This document shows positions 1 through 13,575 of a DNA stretch of 64,000 nt, in pieces. The stretch's first letter is position 1, and the number at the start of each line of letters is the position of its first letter. The notes under the pieces were generated by a model. It made no database searches, was not told the origin of the DNA, and was given only the letters and a program-made list of their open reading frames with translations. Made by a program: the position numbers and the translations under genes. The stretch covers positions 2,035,185-2,099,184 of the forward strand of contig MU056703.1 of the NCBI GenBank assembly GCA_013239625.1. Direction: 5' to 3'. The DNA comes from Lama guanicoe. Taxonomy: Eukaryota.

Positions 1-1236
1 TAATCATTTTCCGACTTCATTTGAACACACGTCTTTATCTTTGCTTTCCTAGGACAGTCTGAGGAGGACATGTGGCCGGCACTGTTGGCCCAGCTCGTCC
101 CCTCGCCCCCCGCACCCTCTCCATGAGGACCGTAGGTTCTGGGCGCACTGTGTCCAGGAGCAGACGAGCTCGAGGCTCAGTAGTGCCCCCCACCCCGGCG
201 GCGCCTCGACCACCAGCCCTCACTTCCTGTCCACCCAGAAGCAAGGGGGTGAGTCTGTCTCCCAGGCCTGGGGGTCAAGCCCCGGGGGCACGCCCGGCGT
301 CTCTCCTCTGTCCCCTCCCCGTCACCCCACCGAGCCCAGTGGGGCCTCTGCAGTCGGTCCACCTGCACTCGGATCCTCGTCTCGAATGTGCTTTGTTGGG
401 GGAGTATCTAGGACAGTGGGTTCTCGTCCAGTCCCTCTGTGATCGACCTCAGTGGGGAAGAGCCGAAGTACCCAGTAAAGGCTGCGTCCCGGAGACGGGC
501 GGCAGCCAGCACGCGGCCAGGACGCGTCCTGCGAGGCATCACCGGTGGGCCGAGGCCCACGCTCCGTGCAGTCAGCGCACACGGCAGCTGAGAAGGGGCG
601 TCGTTTTGGCCGCGGGAAGCCAGGCAGATGGAGGCCCCAGTGAGATGCTTCTGGAGCCGGCGAGAGCCGCCTGTATGGGGGGTGGTGATCTAAGAGAAGA
701 GGGTGAACTGTCACCCATTCTTAAGGGCAGGAAAAAGACGGGCTGATCGCTGAGGATGAAGGCTCTGCACGGGGCGCCCCCCAAGGGAAGAGCGGGGTCC
801 CCTTCACCCCCTGACTCAAGCACTCAGCACAGAGGTCCCCGAGAGCCCCGTCCGCTTCCACACGGTGTCACCGCCGAGCCCGTCCTGGCTGAGGCCGTCT
901 CAAGGTCAGAGCGACGCGGTCAGAAGGCAGAGGCCACCCCGTCCCCGCCCTTGGTGGACAACTCACCCAAGTGTTTCTTCTCTGCACGGGAAAGGATGAC
1001 TTTACTCGAGGTTAATAGTTACAGGTGAATCTGAACTCAGTGTCTGTAAAGTTCTTGCTTTGGCCGCTGAGCATCTAACAGAAATGAACTTGCCCCTGAG
1101 ACACTGTCCGTATCCAGGCGGGGGCTGCTTGGCACGCAGCGCCCAGGGCGGTCGCTCTTTCTCCCTAGTACCTCTCATCTCCGCCGACAGGGGCCTGTTT
1201 TACGCATCGGCCGTAGGCTTCTCTCTGGCCAAGACC

Positions 1237-1324
1237 TGGCTTCTGCCCCAGGAGTCTGAGCTGTGGCTTCTGCCCTGGGAGTCTGAGCTGTGGTTTCTGC
1301 CCCGGGAGTCTGAGCTGTGGCTTT
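1237..1324. repeat. 27-bp tandem repeat, ~3.2 copies (TGGCTTCTGCCCYRGGAGTCTGAGCTG)
   Basis: Units at 1237, 1264 and 1291 plus a partial unit at 1318. Confidence 0.9.
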
Positions 1325-1634
1325 GCTGGTGCAGGGGGTCGTGGAAGGCGTGAAGTGAGAAGAAACAGGTCACAGGCGGGCACGGGGGAAGGGGAAGAAA
1401 CCGATGAGGTAGTGGACTAGTGACTTCTCCTAATGCTTTAGTTTCAGGATGAAAGGGCAGCTGAGCAGCACGGACGATGAAGGACAGTCACCAGCATCTA
1501 AAGGGGCACAGGCTCCACATGCGGCAGACGGGAATGAGAGGCGCGAGGGCTGAGGGGACGAAGGGCAGGAGGTGGGCAGACGGGCAGGTGGCAGCATGTC
1601 ATGTGGTGTCACCATCAAGGGAGGGCTGGGGCGT

Positions 1635-1667
1635 CGGTCAGGGAGGGGACGGTCAGGGAGGGGACAG
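1635..1667. repeat. 15-bp tandem duplication (CGGTCAGGGAGGGGA x2)
   Basis: Read directly from the sequence. Confidence 0.8.
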
Positions 1668-4020
1668 CCAGGCCCAGGTGGGGGCTCCAGGGTGGTCAGG
1701 AAGCAGGGTGTTCACGCAGCACAGCGTTGCTCCCCGGAAGGTTCCCCTGGATTAGGGCCCCCATCTTCTTCTTAGTAAAACCCTGGAAACATTGTGATTA
1801 TGAGTGGCTAACCCGTTCCTGCCGCGTCCCCCGCCGCGTGACCCCAAGCACATTCCCCGCTTTCTGGGCTGCAGTTTATCCGCACGGTGGAAATACCACC
1901 CCCGCTTCCTGCGTGTCTTTCCCGTTTTTCTCTCCGCTGTTCCTCTGTTTCTGAGTGAGGCGTGTAGCTCCCCTGGGAGGCTAACGGCTGCTCGCGTGGT
2001 GTCCAGTCGTACGGAGAGCACGCAGAAGGGCCGTCTGTCCGACACGTCACACAGTGCCCGCGGCGTGTCGTTTGACACGTTGTACTTCTGTTAGAGCCCC
2101 GAGGAAGGGCTGCAGATTCTCGACACAGGAAAGAGGAGTGAAAAGCCGTCCGGTGAACAGACAGCGTCCAGTCCCGGCCGTCCTCCTCGCTCAGAAGACT
2201 GCTTGCCCCACCTGGGAGTGAAAACGGGACCCTAGCTTCCTTAGTGTGTAACCGTTAGTGTCTCTCTGACGTGAAATGGGAGTCAGGACTGTAACCCTCC
2301 CAGCCCCCAGTGACCTCCGAGGTCGGGCCTATTGATCCATGGTCCCGCATCTTGTCACCGCCCGCCGGCCATATCCTCAAGCCTGCGTGCCACCGGGGAG
2401 CCCGCTGGAAGGTGATCCCTCTCCACCCACCAGGCGGGAGCTCCCGGATCGCGCGGCTGGTGCGGGGCTGGGGGTCACTGCCCCTCGGGCTTCCTGTGGA
2501 AGGACTCTGGGCGGCGAGGATCAGCTCAGCCCCCTTCCCCGGCACGGGGCCACGGCCGGGGGTCTCACACTGCCTCCTCCAAGTCCATGGCACCTGCCAT
2601 TCCACTCTGTCTTGCTCCCGTGTTGACTTTACTTTCCGGGTAAGGCTTTAAGTTCCACAACAGGTAAGCTACCTAAATGTGCTTTCCAGATGTTTGGGTG
2701 TAGCTGTCGCTCCTGGAGGCCGGCCGACAACTTCCCGGCACCAGCTGGTTCCAGTCGTGTTTACGATTAAGTGATAAACAATCGACTTTCACATATGTTT
2801 CGAATGAAGCCAGGAGCTCGAAGAAACCAAGTGCTACAATTAAATAAGGAGAAGAATTGTGGAGAATGAAGTAGAACAATTGACAAGTACATAGGCTGAA
2901 ACCTCAGACAGAGGTACAAGTCAGAGGCTTTGTAAGGAGCATCAGGGGTGGAAGAAAGTCGAACGCATAAATACGCAAGAAAGCAGCATTTCTCAAGATC
3001 TGCCATGAACCCGGCACCGCAGCAGGTGAACCGCGTATGTTAGCATCGGACCCCAGGAGCAGCATCGGATGGATACGAATGACTACTTTCGTTTTTTAAG
3101 CCAAAGCACGAACTGCAGCTCCGGGAGCGGCAGCCGAGCCGGACGTGGGGCCCTGACCTCTGACCCCACAGCCAGTGCCATCCCCGGGGGCAGGGCACCC
3201 CCGCGGCCCCCAGGTGTGCGGGCAGGAGTGCACCCCAACATCTCTGCCCCCGCGCTCTCATCTGCGCAGAGGGACTGATACTAACAGCAACGGTGTCCAC
3301 CTCGTGGAGCAGTTGTGAAGATTAAATAAGTTAACGCACGGGGAGTCCTTGGTCAGTAAGGCCCAGCGGAGACCGGCCGGTGCGGCCCTCACACCGTCGC
3401 TGTGTTCTGCGGGCCGTTCGGATGCCGTGCAGAGCCCCTCCCCTGTTCTCACAACACTCAGTGGAGACACGAAGGCTCCAAGGGACAAAACGTCTCCCCC
3501 AGGGATTCTGTGCGGGAAGTGGACGGGCTGGACACAACCCCCACGTCCAGACCCGTTGCCCTTGTCACCCAGTCAGCTCACGGGGCACCTCCCCCAGCGT
3601 CTCTCCGTCCGTCTCCATTTCACACGAGACCAGAGTTCTCTGTTTCCTCCTTGCGAGTTCTGTAAGGAACAGAAACAAAAGAGACGATGCACTATACTAA
3701 ACTTTTCTGTTTTCTGTGTTTTTATCACGTCCAGCATAATGTTTGGCTGAGCTCTCATCGATCTTCCAGTTTTATTTCACAAGGACTGAGTGCCTCATTC
3801 TCAAGAGGGAGGCTCCATTTTATGAAAACAGCCGCTGTTGGCCGGCCGGCCGGCGAAGGCATACGTCTGGAATAACGCTGTCATGATTTGCGCCAGCAGA
3901 GCAGCTGTCAGATGGAAGTGTTGCTTTTCTTTCTGGTTTTGTCTCTCAGCTCAGCTCAAGCCTGCGTGGCCCTGCCTGCCAGGCCTGTGGTGGGAGCAGT
4001 GGCTGAAACAGGAAACACCG

Positions 4021-4045
4021 ACACACACACACACACACACACACA
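4021..4045. repeat. (AC)n microsatellite
   Basis: About 12 perfect AC units. Confidence 0.95.
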
Positions 4046-4579
4046 GAGGGGATTTGAAATCTAAGATCAAAACATGGACCGGCCCAGATGTAGCCGTGGT
4101 GACACAGATAGGACACAACCGGGGTGACGTGTGACTGGAGAACGCGAGCAAACCTTGCCGACTCCAGAGGGAAGCCCCCGGCTCGTTCTCATCCCCCAGG
4201 AGGGCTTCAGCGAGCAAAGGGGGGTACCTGCTGGGCCAGGCAGCGAGGAGAAAGGCTTTTCTGGAAAATGAAACAGCCCAGATGCTATATAATGATGTAA
4301 TTTAAATTTCATTTGCCTAATATAATATCCCTATGGGGTATTCAGCTTCACATTGATGAGAAAGTTATGGAAAGCTCCTATTTCAAGAATTTTTGTGTGA
4401 GCATTGCTTAAAATTCAACCTGCCGTTTGTTTGAATTTTGTTTCATTTTTTCAGTGTTAATGGAGTCGACATGTTAAGTATTCACACTATTCACTTAGGA
4501 ATTGACTTACAATGTAGAATCAGGTGAATGATTTCTTGTCACTTCCACAGTATAAAAAGAGAACTCAGAAGAACAGAAT

Positions 4580-4645
4580 TAGTACAAGTTACTTAATTTC
4601 TCTAAGCCCAGGTCCTTCATCTGTGTAAAATGCTGAGAGCAAAAT
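4580..4645 (+). mobile_element. MIR SINE fragment
   Basis: CAAGTTACTTAATTTCTCTAAGCC...CTTCATCTGT..AAAATG resembles the MIR core. Confidence 0.55.
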
Positions 4646-7600
4646 GCTGTTGTCAGCGTCAGTTTGAAAGTTGAAGGAGGCCACCTGCACGAATTACCTA
4701 GCACGCCAGCAAATGCTAAGCTCCTTTTCGATTATTGCAACAGTAACAATCTGCCACAGGAAAAAAAAAGTACAACTTAAAGTTTCAGGGAAATAAATAA
4801 AAAAAATTGGCATTACTTCCTGTGAGATTTTACATGTATGAAGAATAATACCAACTAATAATGGTTCAATACGAGAGTCCACTGAGATGGTAAGTGTAAA
4901 GGACTCAGGAAACAGTCTTCGCTGTTACTGCCATTATTAAAATTACCCTCAGAAACTAAGAACTGTATGAAAACAATGAACTTTCTGCAACTTTTCTGAG
5001 AGAAGTTGCATCTTTCTTCTGAAAGATTGATCGCACAAACGCGTCTTCCTTTCAGGTGCGAGAGGCACATGTTAAAAGCAGTGCACGTGAGAAAAATACT
5101 GAAAACAAAAGACAGGACTATTGCTTTCCCAGAAAACAATTTTTTCAGACAGTTTAGCTTACTGGAGAAAGAATATCTTCTAGAAGCATTTCTCCTATTG
5201 TTTTCCCCTGAAGAATCTAAATTATTCTTCACTGACTGGGTGATAAAAGGCGTCCAGGGATCAGAAGTTGCGAACTGCCCAGTGGCAAATGGGACTGGAC
5301 AGCTGGCATCTGGTCTACCTGACAGCTATACTTAGGAACACGATTCAGGTGATACCATCAAGTGAGCTGAAAAACCGGCCCACCATCGAGCTAAGAAGAA
5401 AGTACAACCGCAGAATATTCCTGCAGTTCGCAAGCGATTCAGCCCCTTAGGTGTGGCGGTGACTGGTGGGCAGTGTTTGCACATGAGTTTGCACTGCTGG
5501 GTTTTCCACAGCCTCAGCGAAAGCACAGAAAGTTGTGTGAGACCCACCTGACCCTCATAGCTCGTGTTTTCCTAAAGACCCCGTTTCCTGATTTGACATG
5601 GAGTCCCATTCCTGGTATCCCGCTGCTTCTCCCATCAGACTCTGGAGACTCCATCAGGCAGCATCTTACAGTCAGTATCTGGTCCCTGGTTCGTTTGCCT
5701 TGGACTGAGCTCTCGTGTGCTCCCGGCTGATCTGTGTTAGAGTGTAGCCATTTCTGAGGAAACCAGTGCCGAGCAGCCTCTGGGGTGGGCTAGGAATGAA
5801 TTAGACTGTGGGAAACTAAAAATTAAAACTGAAAGTAAAATCTATAGCTGCCATTCATCATCACGACACCAAAATCGTGCTACAATTTGGGGAAATGTTT
5901 GTGGCCTGATGGGCTGCAGAAAGCAACCTGTGAAGCCAAGTGCTACATATTTTAAAGGAACGTAGCATATGCACCAAAAAGAGAAGAAGAAATGGAGGAG
6001 GAGTGACGGAAATGCCTCACGCGCTGGGGAAGATGATGGAGCGTTAGAGAGACGAGACAGGGCGTTACATGTAAAGCAGGCAAGATCAACCCATGAGGGT
6101 CAGAATGACTGACCGAAGGTCGCCCAGCACACAAGGGGCCTGGGCCAGCTTGGACCTCAGTCCGTCGTGTTTATTTGGCTTCATGTGGTTCATCGTGACT
6201 GCAAACCCTAATGCCCATCGGTGGTGTAACTGCGTGGTGAGACCAGAGGAATCCAGGAGTGGATGATGGCCTCCGTCCATTTAAAAAAAGGTGGAGATGC
6301 TCTCTGCCCGGGATCCAGAGCGGACATTCCTCTGGGGCTCCAGAGAGCAGCTCCGGCTCGAACCCGTCTGCCCACCCAGAGAGCAGGGGAGAGTGAGCCA
6401 GGGGCGCTGGCACGGGGCTCGGTCCTCCCGCATGGACTGGAGTCCCGTGGGCCGTTCCACGTACAGGACGTTAGAGCTCAGGTCAAGAATCTCACATTAA
6501 AAATAAAGGAAAATAGGAGTTTTGTTCAAAATAACGAAACAGGGTTATTTTGGCTCTTACTTCCTCAAACTATAACAGGCGTCTTGTCTTTGGCTCGTTT
6601 TAACCTTTCTGTTTCCCTGCGCCTTCCCTGTGAATTTTTACCTCCCAGTCTTTGTTCCCGCCGCTGCCCCATCCCCAGGTTCTTGCTTGTCCACAGGACG
6701 CATGTCAGTGTCCCAAACCTCTCACGTCCCCCCGGGCTTGTATCAGAATCACGTCCCCACCGTGAGGTCTTTCCCAGCCCTCAGGTGAGCTCCGAGTTCC
6801 CGTCTTCACCTGTTTCTCGCTGCTAATAATTCTCCACTTTGCTCAGGGGAGTCACCTCCTCTTCAAGTTCACATTTCTTAACAGCAGGACTATTTCATAT
6901 ACATCCGCTAAAGTGACCGAAGAAGACAATTCAGGTGATGCAGACAGACTTTATTGAACATCTCCAGACACGGACAGTCTGCTCTCGGAGAACCGGGCGG
7001 TAGGGCAGAAGGGGGGAGCTTATGGGATAAGGAGAAGGACCAGGAGGGGAAACACTGATGGCGTGTGATCGCTGGGCCACGCGGCACACCTCATCGGGGT
7101 GGGAAGGCCCGGGGCTGGTCTGGCCTGAGGGGGTGGGCTGGCTGTCCTCGTTGCTGGTCGCGCGGAGAATTCGCAGGGGCAGGAAGGTAATTGAAGTTTC
7201 TGTCTGCTGATGGGCACCCCGGGTGGAGGCAGCTCATTGTGGGCCTGGAAATGGATTCCAGCACGTCCTTTAGGTCAGCAGCTTTCAGGTCAGTGCAGTG
7301 CTGGGCATACAAACACTGCCCAGAGAGGCTGCTGGGCTCCCATGGCTCATAAACCGTCAGATGCAACGTCCCAGCTGGAGGGGGTCTCCTCCTGGGCCGT
7401 GCACGCCCTGTGACTGCAGAGGCGTGAGCTGCGACGTACTGATGCCCACTGCGGAGACAGAGCAACTGTTCCCGTGTGTAAACGAAAACCGTGTATATAT
7501 GTGTACATTAGAGCTACGTGTACATATACTGGGGCGTGTGTCCGTACGAATGTGTAGAAAAAATGTTTCCTTATTTACATCTTTTAGAAAAACAATTTAC

Positions 7601-10600
7601 TAAAATTTATTTTCACAAACTTTATACATTGTTTCTGGAGTACTGAAAAAGAATTTCCCCAATGCCTTTCCGCTCTCCAGCGAAAATTCTTCTTAACTCT
7701 GAGTTCCTTAACGCAGCTGCTGGCTTGTGATGAGCAAGCGCATTCAGGTGAGCAGAACGTGTTAGCCCTCACGATTGTATTTATCCAGATACGTAGCTAG
7801 TGTCTGTCTCTAATTCTTTATCCAAATAGCATGAACACAGATATGGTGAGATTAATAGAAAATGCCAAAGAGTAAGAAATAGAAGGATCCTTGCATAATG
7901 TCTTTGGAAGAATATTCACCTTGAAAGAGAGCATAGTCAGTAGTAAATCAAGATGCGTCAGAGTTACACGGAGCAGATGAATTTCCATCATAGAAAATAA
8001 GACCTTTTTATTTAAATGAAATCACTCGTTTAGAGAAAAAATGTAAAAGTTGAAATGGCAGTTAAGGTGGCTTCTCCCCAAGGAACATTTAGACACGTCT
8101 GTGTGCATTAAAATCTTTCAGTGTTCTGTTCCCTAAAAGCTTTGGAAGGTAGAAATTTGTAGAAAACAGAAATTAAGTGTTCCTGATGTAAGTGCATTTT
8201 TTGTTATTGTGAAGGTGTTTACAACGCCACAAAGAGTTACATGGAGAGTAACACAACTCCAGTCCTGACATTGTCACATATCATTATTCTGAAATATTAA
8301 AGGAGCGTTTGAATGAAGAGCCCGGCATAATTGCCTTTTAAACCACCAGCATTACCAGCTTTTGAGCATGAGAAATAAATGCGTTCACTAAAAATCAGTA
8401 TAAAGAGTTTCTTTGAAACAAAAAGTGATCTGGGCTAATTACAAAAGGAGTGAAAAAAATAATAGCAGCTGTTAGGAAATTATAGGCTTTCCTCGTGATG
8501 AGCCTCCATATTGAAAATGCTAGAGAACGAACAGACAGTTGACAGCAGTGAGTGGTTTCCGAGGGCTGCCCTGTGCATGTAAGGTCATTCATTCCATTCA
8601 CACGCGCGCGCACACACAGTGAGAACCTTGTAAAAGTGGCTTCTGTTACAAAATGAAGTGACATCGCAAAAGGCGGTGGCTAGGGTTTGAACCTAAGCTA
8701 CGCCCTGGCCTCTCTGGTTGGCAGGTCGTTCTCTCGCCACAGCCAACGTCCGTTCGGTTAACAAGACAAACTCCGTCCCAGGCCTGGCGGTGTTCACTGG
8801 CAGCATGTCCCAACCACAGAGGCTTTATAATAAAGACGTCCTGTGAAATGGGTTTCATTTAAAATACTGTTATGCATTTTGCTGAATTTCCTGTTGTGCA
8901 CGATACGGTCGCGGACCTTCCCTGTGGTCCGTCCCCATCCCACGTTGGTGACTGGCGGTGTCGGCGGGAGGCGAGAGCGCCCTGAGTGACAGGTGGGCAC
9001 GCGATGTCAGCCCGTGGGGCTGGGCGGGGTGCGCTCCGGCCGTGAGGGGACAGGGACCGCGTGCCGGCCGGGGTCAGGGCTCAGAGTGGCCCCGGAAGCC
9101 CCCGGCCCTGGTCCTCATGCCAGCAGGGATCACACGGTCTCTGCTGGTTTTCTCTCCTGGAAATACCCTGGGAGGATCAAAGCCTCAGAAGGTTCCCACA
9201 AGTCAGTTTTACCCGAAGGCAGCGGCTCACGCAGGCCTCACACGGTGAGGACGCCACTCCTCCCGGGCCACGCGCCAGGCAGCACGTCCCCGAGGGCTTC
9301 TGGCCGGCTGCTGCTGCCACCCCGCTGGCACGGTCCTCTTGCTGGAGGCGTCCCAGATCCTGGCCCAGGATGGCCACAAGCCCACCTTTGTGCTCCCGGG
9401 GCTCCCAGGTGGGCTGCAGGAGCCCTCATGTTGGTCCTTAGCTTCCTGGGGCCTGACATGACCCCTGTCAACCGGGGGCCTGAGCAGGCAGCGCCGTGTC
9501 GCCTCACCTTGGAGTCACCCGCAGGGGCTGGACGTGGGCGTGGGGCAAGCTGTCCATGAACATTTGCCGAATATATTCATTCAAAGGGATAAAAACAGCG
9601 TTAAGTAAAACATTTCCTAATTGCATTTAAATGAGAATTCCTGATACCCCCTCTGTTAACATTACCTGTTTGTGTCTCTTAAATCTTCTCTCATCATCAA
9701 CTTATTCTCAGTCTAACAGCTTGATCCAAGCATCCTCTTAGTAATAGGACTGTCTTCCTTCTGATTAAAAAAAAACTCAGTATCTAAATGTTAAAATAGC
9801 CACGCTGTTCTTTCGTATCTGTCCAGCGTGCATCGGCTCATCCAGTAATGAAATAACAACGGAGTAACAGTCATGCTGCAGTGTGAGGCAGACTGAGGCT
9901 TCTGTCCGAGCAGAAATGTTACTCATTTTCTAAATTTGCTTTAGTCTTGTATTTATAGAATAACTAACGTTCTCAAGGAATCGTTTCAGCTTTTCAGACA
10001 TTGTGCACACATGCCCACACCCCATCCTTTGGCTTCTCCCTGAGCTGGGATCAGACTCTCTTCTTCTTCCGGGATTTCCCCATCGGCGTCGGGGGCAGCG
10101 GCACTAACGCCACTCACGGTCCTCAGAGGAAAGACGTCGAGGTGGAGGGCCGGGCACCGTTGGACTAGGACCGCAGTCCTTGTGAATGTGGTCGAAGCGC
10201 TTGGTGTCCGCGTCTGTAGGACGGGAGTGATGACTTTCTGCGCGGGGTGGTCGCGACCTGGGTGCGGCCGCTTACCCGTGCGTTTCACCCGTTTCCCTGG
10301 CTGCGCTCTGAGATGCCCTTCCCTCCCCTTCCCCTCAGATCACCTAAAACTCCACCACACATATGGCCTCCAATCGGGCTCATTAAGCAGTAGGAATAGG
10401 ACGTTTTAAAGTCCTGCATTACCCTGTATGCAAAACATACAAATTAAGATGCATCAGTCTTAATTTGACTCAAATCTGCCACAGTCCCGAGCGCGCGGTG
10501 GTCGTGGCGACCTTGTGTCTCTTGCCCGAGGCTCAGCTTCCTCTTGCACAACGTCTTTCTTTACCCTCTCGTGTTACTCCCTCTATGATTGTGATCGTTG

Positions 10601-11449
10601 CCTTTCTCGATGCTTACATCAGAGGCGAGATGCAAACCTGAATTCTTTCTGGACCAGATGGAAAATAAAAGACTCGGTTTTCAAACTTGGGCTGAGGTGG
10701 CAGCAAAGGGCTTTTCCTGTTCTGTCTTTGCCTTCCCTTTCACACGTGTATACCAGCCAGGTTCATCTCCACCCAGGACCACCTCTGGGACTCGTTCGAG
10801 AACTTTCCTGGGGGCCTCTGCTCTGCTAGGTTCTGGGGTGTGACAGCGAGCCTGCGACCCGTCCTTGCCCTCGGGGCTCCATGCCCAGCCCAGCCTTCCC
10901 TGCCCCAGAACGACGGCTCAAGAGGCACGGCCACCAGCAAGTCAGACACAGCAGAAGACGGGACCCCTGGGAACCTCCCATTCTTTTCTGAGTGAATATG
11001 TCTTAAACTGTCCCACGAGCCAGACAGCGCAGTCTGCTGTCAGACGGAGGCGGTGGATAGCAACCCCGGCCTTTGTGAGATCGGCAACTCTGGGACCTAG
11101 GCCTTTGCATTTGGGAAAGTAAGTGAGCATGCTAGACCAAGACGCACTCAGGAAAAAAGCCCTTAGCAAAAGTGCAAATGTAAAGACCACAGTAATTAAG
11201 TAAAACATCATGAAAAAGAAAACTCAGTGTTTTGTAAAAATTTGGAGAGTTAAGGGGCACATGCTTTGTTCTTACCTCTGTTGACTTTTGCTCTAAATAC
11301 CTGGAGAGGCCGACTGTCCCCGTTAGCCGACATCTGCCAGTGACAAAGACCTGCAATTAAAATCAATCTTTACGCTCTCAAGCAATTTCTGAATATGTCC
11401 TAATGTACATAAGCCAACCGAACAGTTAAGTCTCTATCATCCAGAGATC

Positions 11450-11670
11450 TCATTCATTCATTCAGTTAATGGGCGGGCACCTCCCACGAGGTGTCCAGCA
11501 TTACTCTGGGGACACGTGGTAACAAAGCAACATAGTTGTGGAATTTACAGGATTTAGAGAAAGGAACCTGAATAAAATAACCCTATCAGTACAGCACCGT
11601 GTGTACGATTCAGAGTGTTACGAGCTGTGATGAGTGCTGTTTGGGAAAGTGGCAGGAGCTCTGGGGGCTG
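11450..11670 (-). mobile_element. L2 LINE 3'-end fragment
   Basis: Begins with CATTCATTCATTCA, the L2 tail on the opposite strand, followed by degenerate L2 3' sequence. Confidence 0.55.
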
Positions 11671-11719
11671 GCAGTGGCCCCTGACTGCATCAGTGGTGGA
11701 ACGGGGCGGGGGCCGGAAT

Positions 11720-13100
11720 TCTTGTTTCGTGGAGGATTTTTCATTGTAAATGCATTGCCTTGAATGGCTGTAAGACTACAGGTTTGCAGCTCTCCTGTCT
11801 TGGTTGAGTTTCCATGGTTTGTATTTTTCTGGAACCCCTTTCTTCTAAGCTGTTGAGTTTGTGGACATAAAGTTGTTCATAATATTCCCTTGTAATTTTT
11901 GTGGTGACTGCATGAGCTGCACTGATGCCCCTGGTTTCATTCCCGAGGCTGGTGACTCATGTTTTCTGTCTTTTTGGTTTTGCAAAATGTTTGTCAGTTT
12001 TACGGATCTTTTGAAGCTCTTTTGATGAATTATCTCTCTTTTCCTCTTTTTAATCACATTGATTTCTTCTCTTTATTATTTCATTTCTTCTGGCGGCTTT
12101 GGGTTTTTTCTTCTTTTTCTGGTTTCTTACAGTAGGAAGTTGCTTGCTGGTTTGAGACCTTCCTTCCTTAGGGTCTAATGTGAGCATTTAAGGCTATCAG
12201 TGTCCCTCTTGGCACAGCTCTAGCTGCACCCTGCGTGTTTGGGGATGTTGCACTTTCGTTCCTGTTCAGTGCAGTGTCGTTTTCTTCCTTTGATGCTCCA
12301 TCCTTGATGCACTGATTATTTAGAAGTGTGTTGATTAATTTCCAAGTGTTTGGAGATTTTATTATATTTTTAAGTTGCTGATTTCTAGTTCAAGTCCATC
12401 ATGTTCAGAGAACACACTCTGTAGGATTTCAGGGTTTTGGAATCTGCTGAGATTTGTTTTATGGCCCAGGCTATGGTCTGTCTTGGTGACTGCACCACGA
12501 GCACTTGAACAATGTGTGTGTTGCGTGGTGTCGGCTGAAATGTTCTCTGAATGTCAAGCCGCTCCCGTTGGTGGGCAGCGTGGTTCAGTTCTGCACTTGC
12601 TGACTTTCGTCTGGTCGTGCTGTCAGCTGCCGAGAGTGAGGTGCCCAAGTCCCCAAGTGTAACGCTGCATTTGCTTCTCTCACTTCAAGTCCATCAGGTT
12701 TTGGTTTCTGTTCTGGTGCTCTGCTATTTGACGAGTCCGCATTTAGGCTGGTTATGCGCTCCCAGTGGGCTGATCCCGTTTCTGTTATGCAGTTCCCTCT
12801 TTGTCTCTCGTAGTCTTCTTTGCTGTGGGATCCACTTCATCTGATCTTCATGTAGCCACTCCTGGTTTTTATCACGGCCCCGTGGCACGTCTTTTCCCAT
12901 CCTTTTACCTTCAACCTTCTGTGTCAGTGGCTGTAACTGGAGTGAATTCATGTAAACAGCACACTGTTGGTCAGGGCTTTATTTTTTGTTATTTTAACCC
13001 ACTTTGCAAATCTCTGCTTAAGTGACGTTTCAGGTGATTTAACTGAAGGTAGTTATTGATATGTTGGGGCTTAAGTCCGCCCCTCTATTACAATTCCATT
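11720..13100 (-). mobile_element. Old L1 (L1M-type) fragment covering the ORF2 endonuclease and downstream region
   Basis: T-rich + strand with L1 hallmarks (TTATTTAGAAGTGTGTTG..TAATTTCCAAGTGTTTGG; GAGATTTGTTTTATGGCCCAG). Broken minus-strand frames resemble the L1 EN region; many stops. Confidence 0.8.
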
Positions 13101-13439
13101 TTGATGGGCCTGGGCTACGCATCTGTAAAGAAGGGAGCAGGACAGGGCAGGCGAACAGCTGTAGCTCAGTGCGGTGCCATGCGGCCACAGCCGCCTGCCG
13201 ACAACAGCAAAGCAGCAAAACCAAACCCTGCCCGCACACAGACACAGCCGAGTCTGCCAGCTGCGGCACTGGCGTCCTTGGCAAACATCAGACGTCTGAT
13301 CAGAGCTCCTGAACTCTGCGCACGAGAGGGAACGTCCTTCCTAGACCAAAATTCAAACAAGAATATCGAGCACTCTTCGTGCTGGAGGAGGCAGGGCAGA
13401 GTAGAAGAAGAATGGATGCGAGCCACCTGGGCTTCCCCC

Positions 13440-13575
13440 CAGCTCAGTCACTTACTAGCTGGTGATGCTCAGCAAATGAGTCTGGGTTTCAGTTTCCTCA
13501 TCTGTAAAATGGGCATAGCACCACCTGCCTCCCAGGGTCGCCGAGAGGGTCGAGACTCGTGCACTTACTCAGTTA
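13440..13575 (+). mobile_element. MIR SINE
   Basis: CACTTACTAGCTG...TCAGTTTCCTCATCTGTAAAATGGG..ATAGCACC.CCT.CC..AGGGT, the classic MIR core. Confidence 0.85.
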
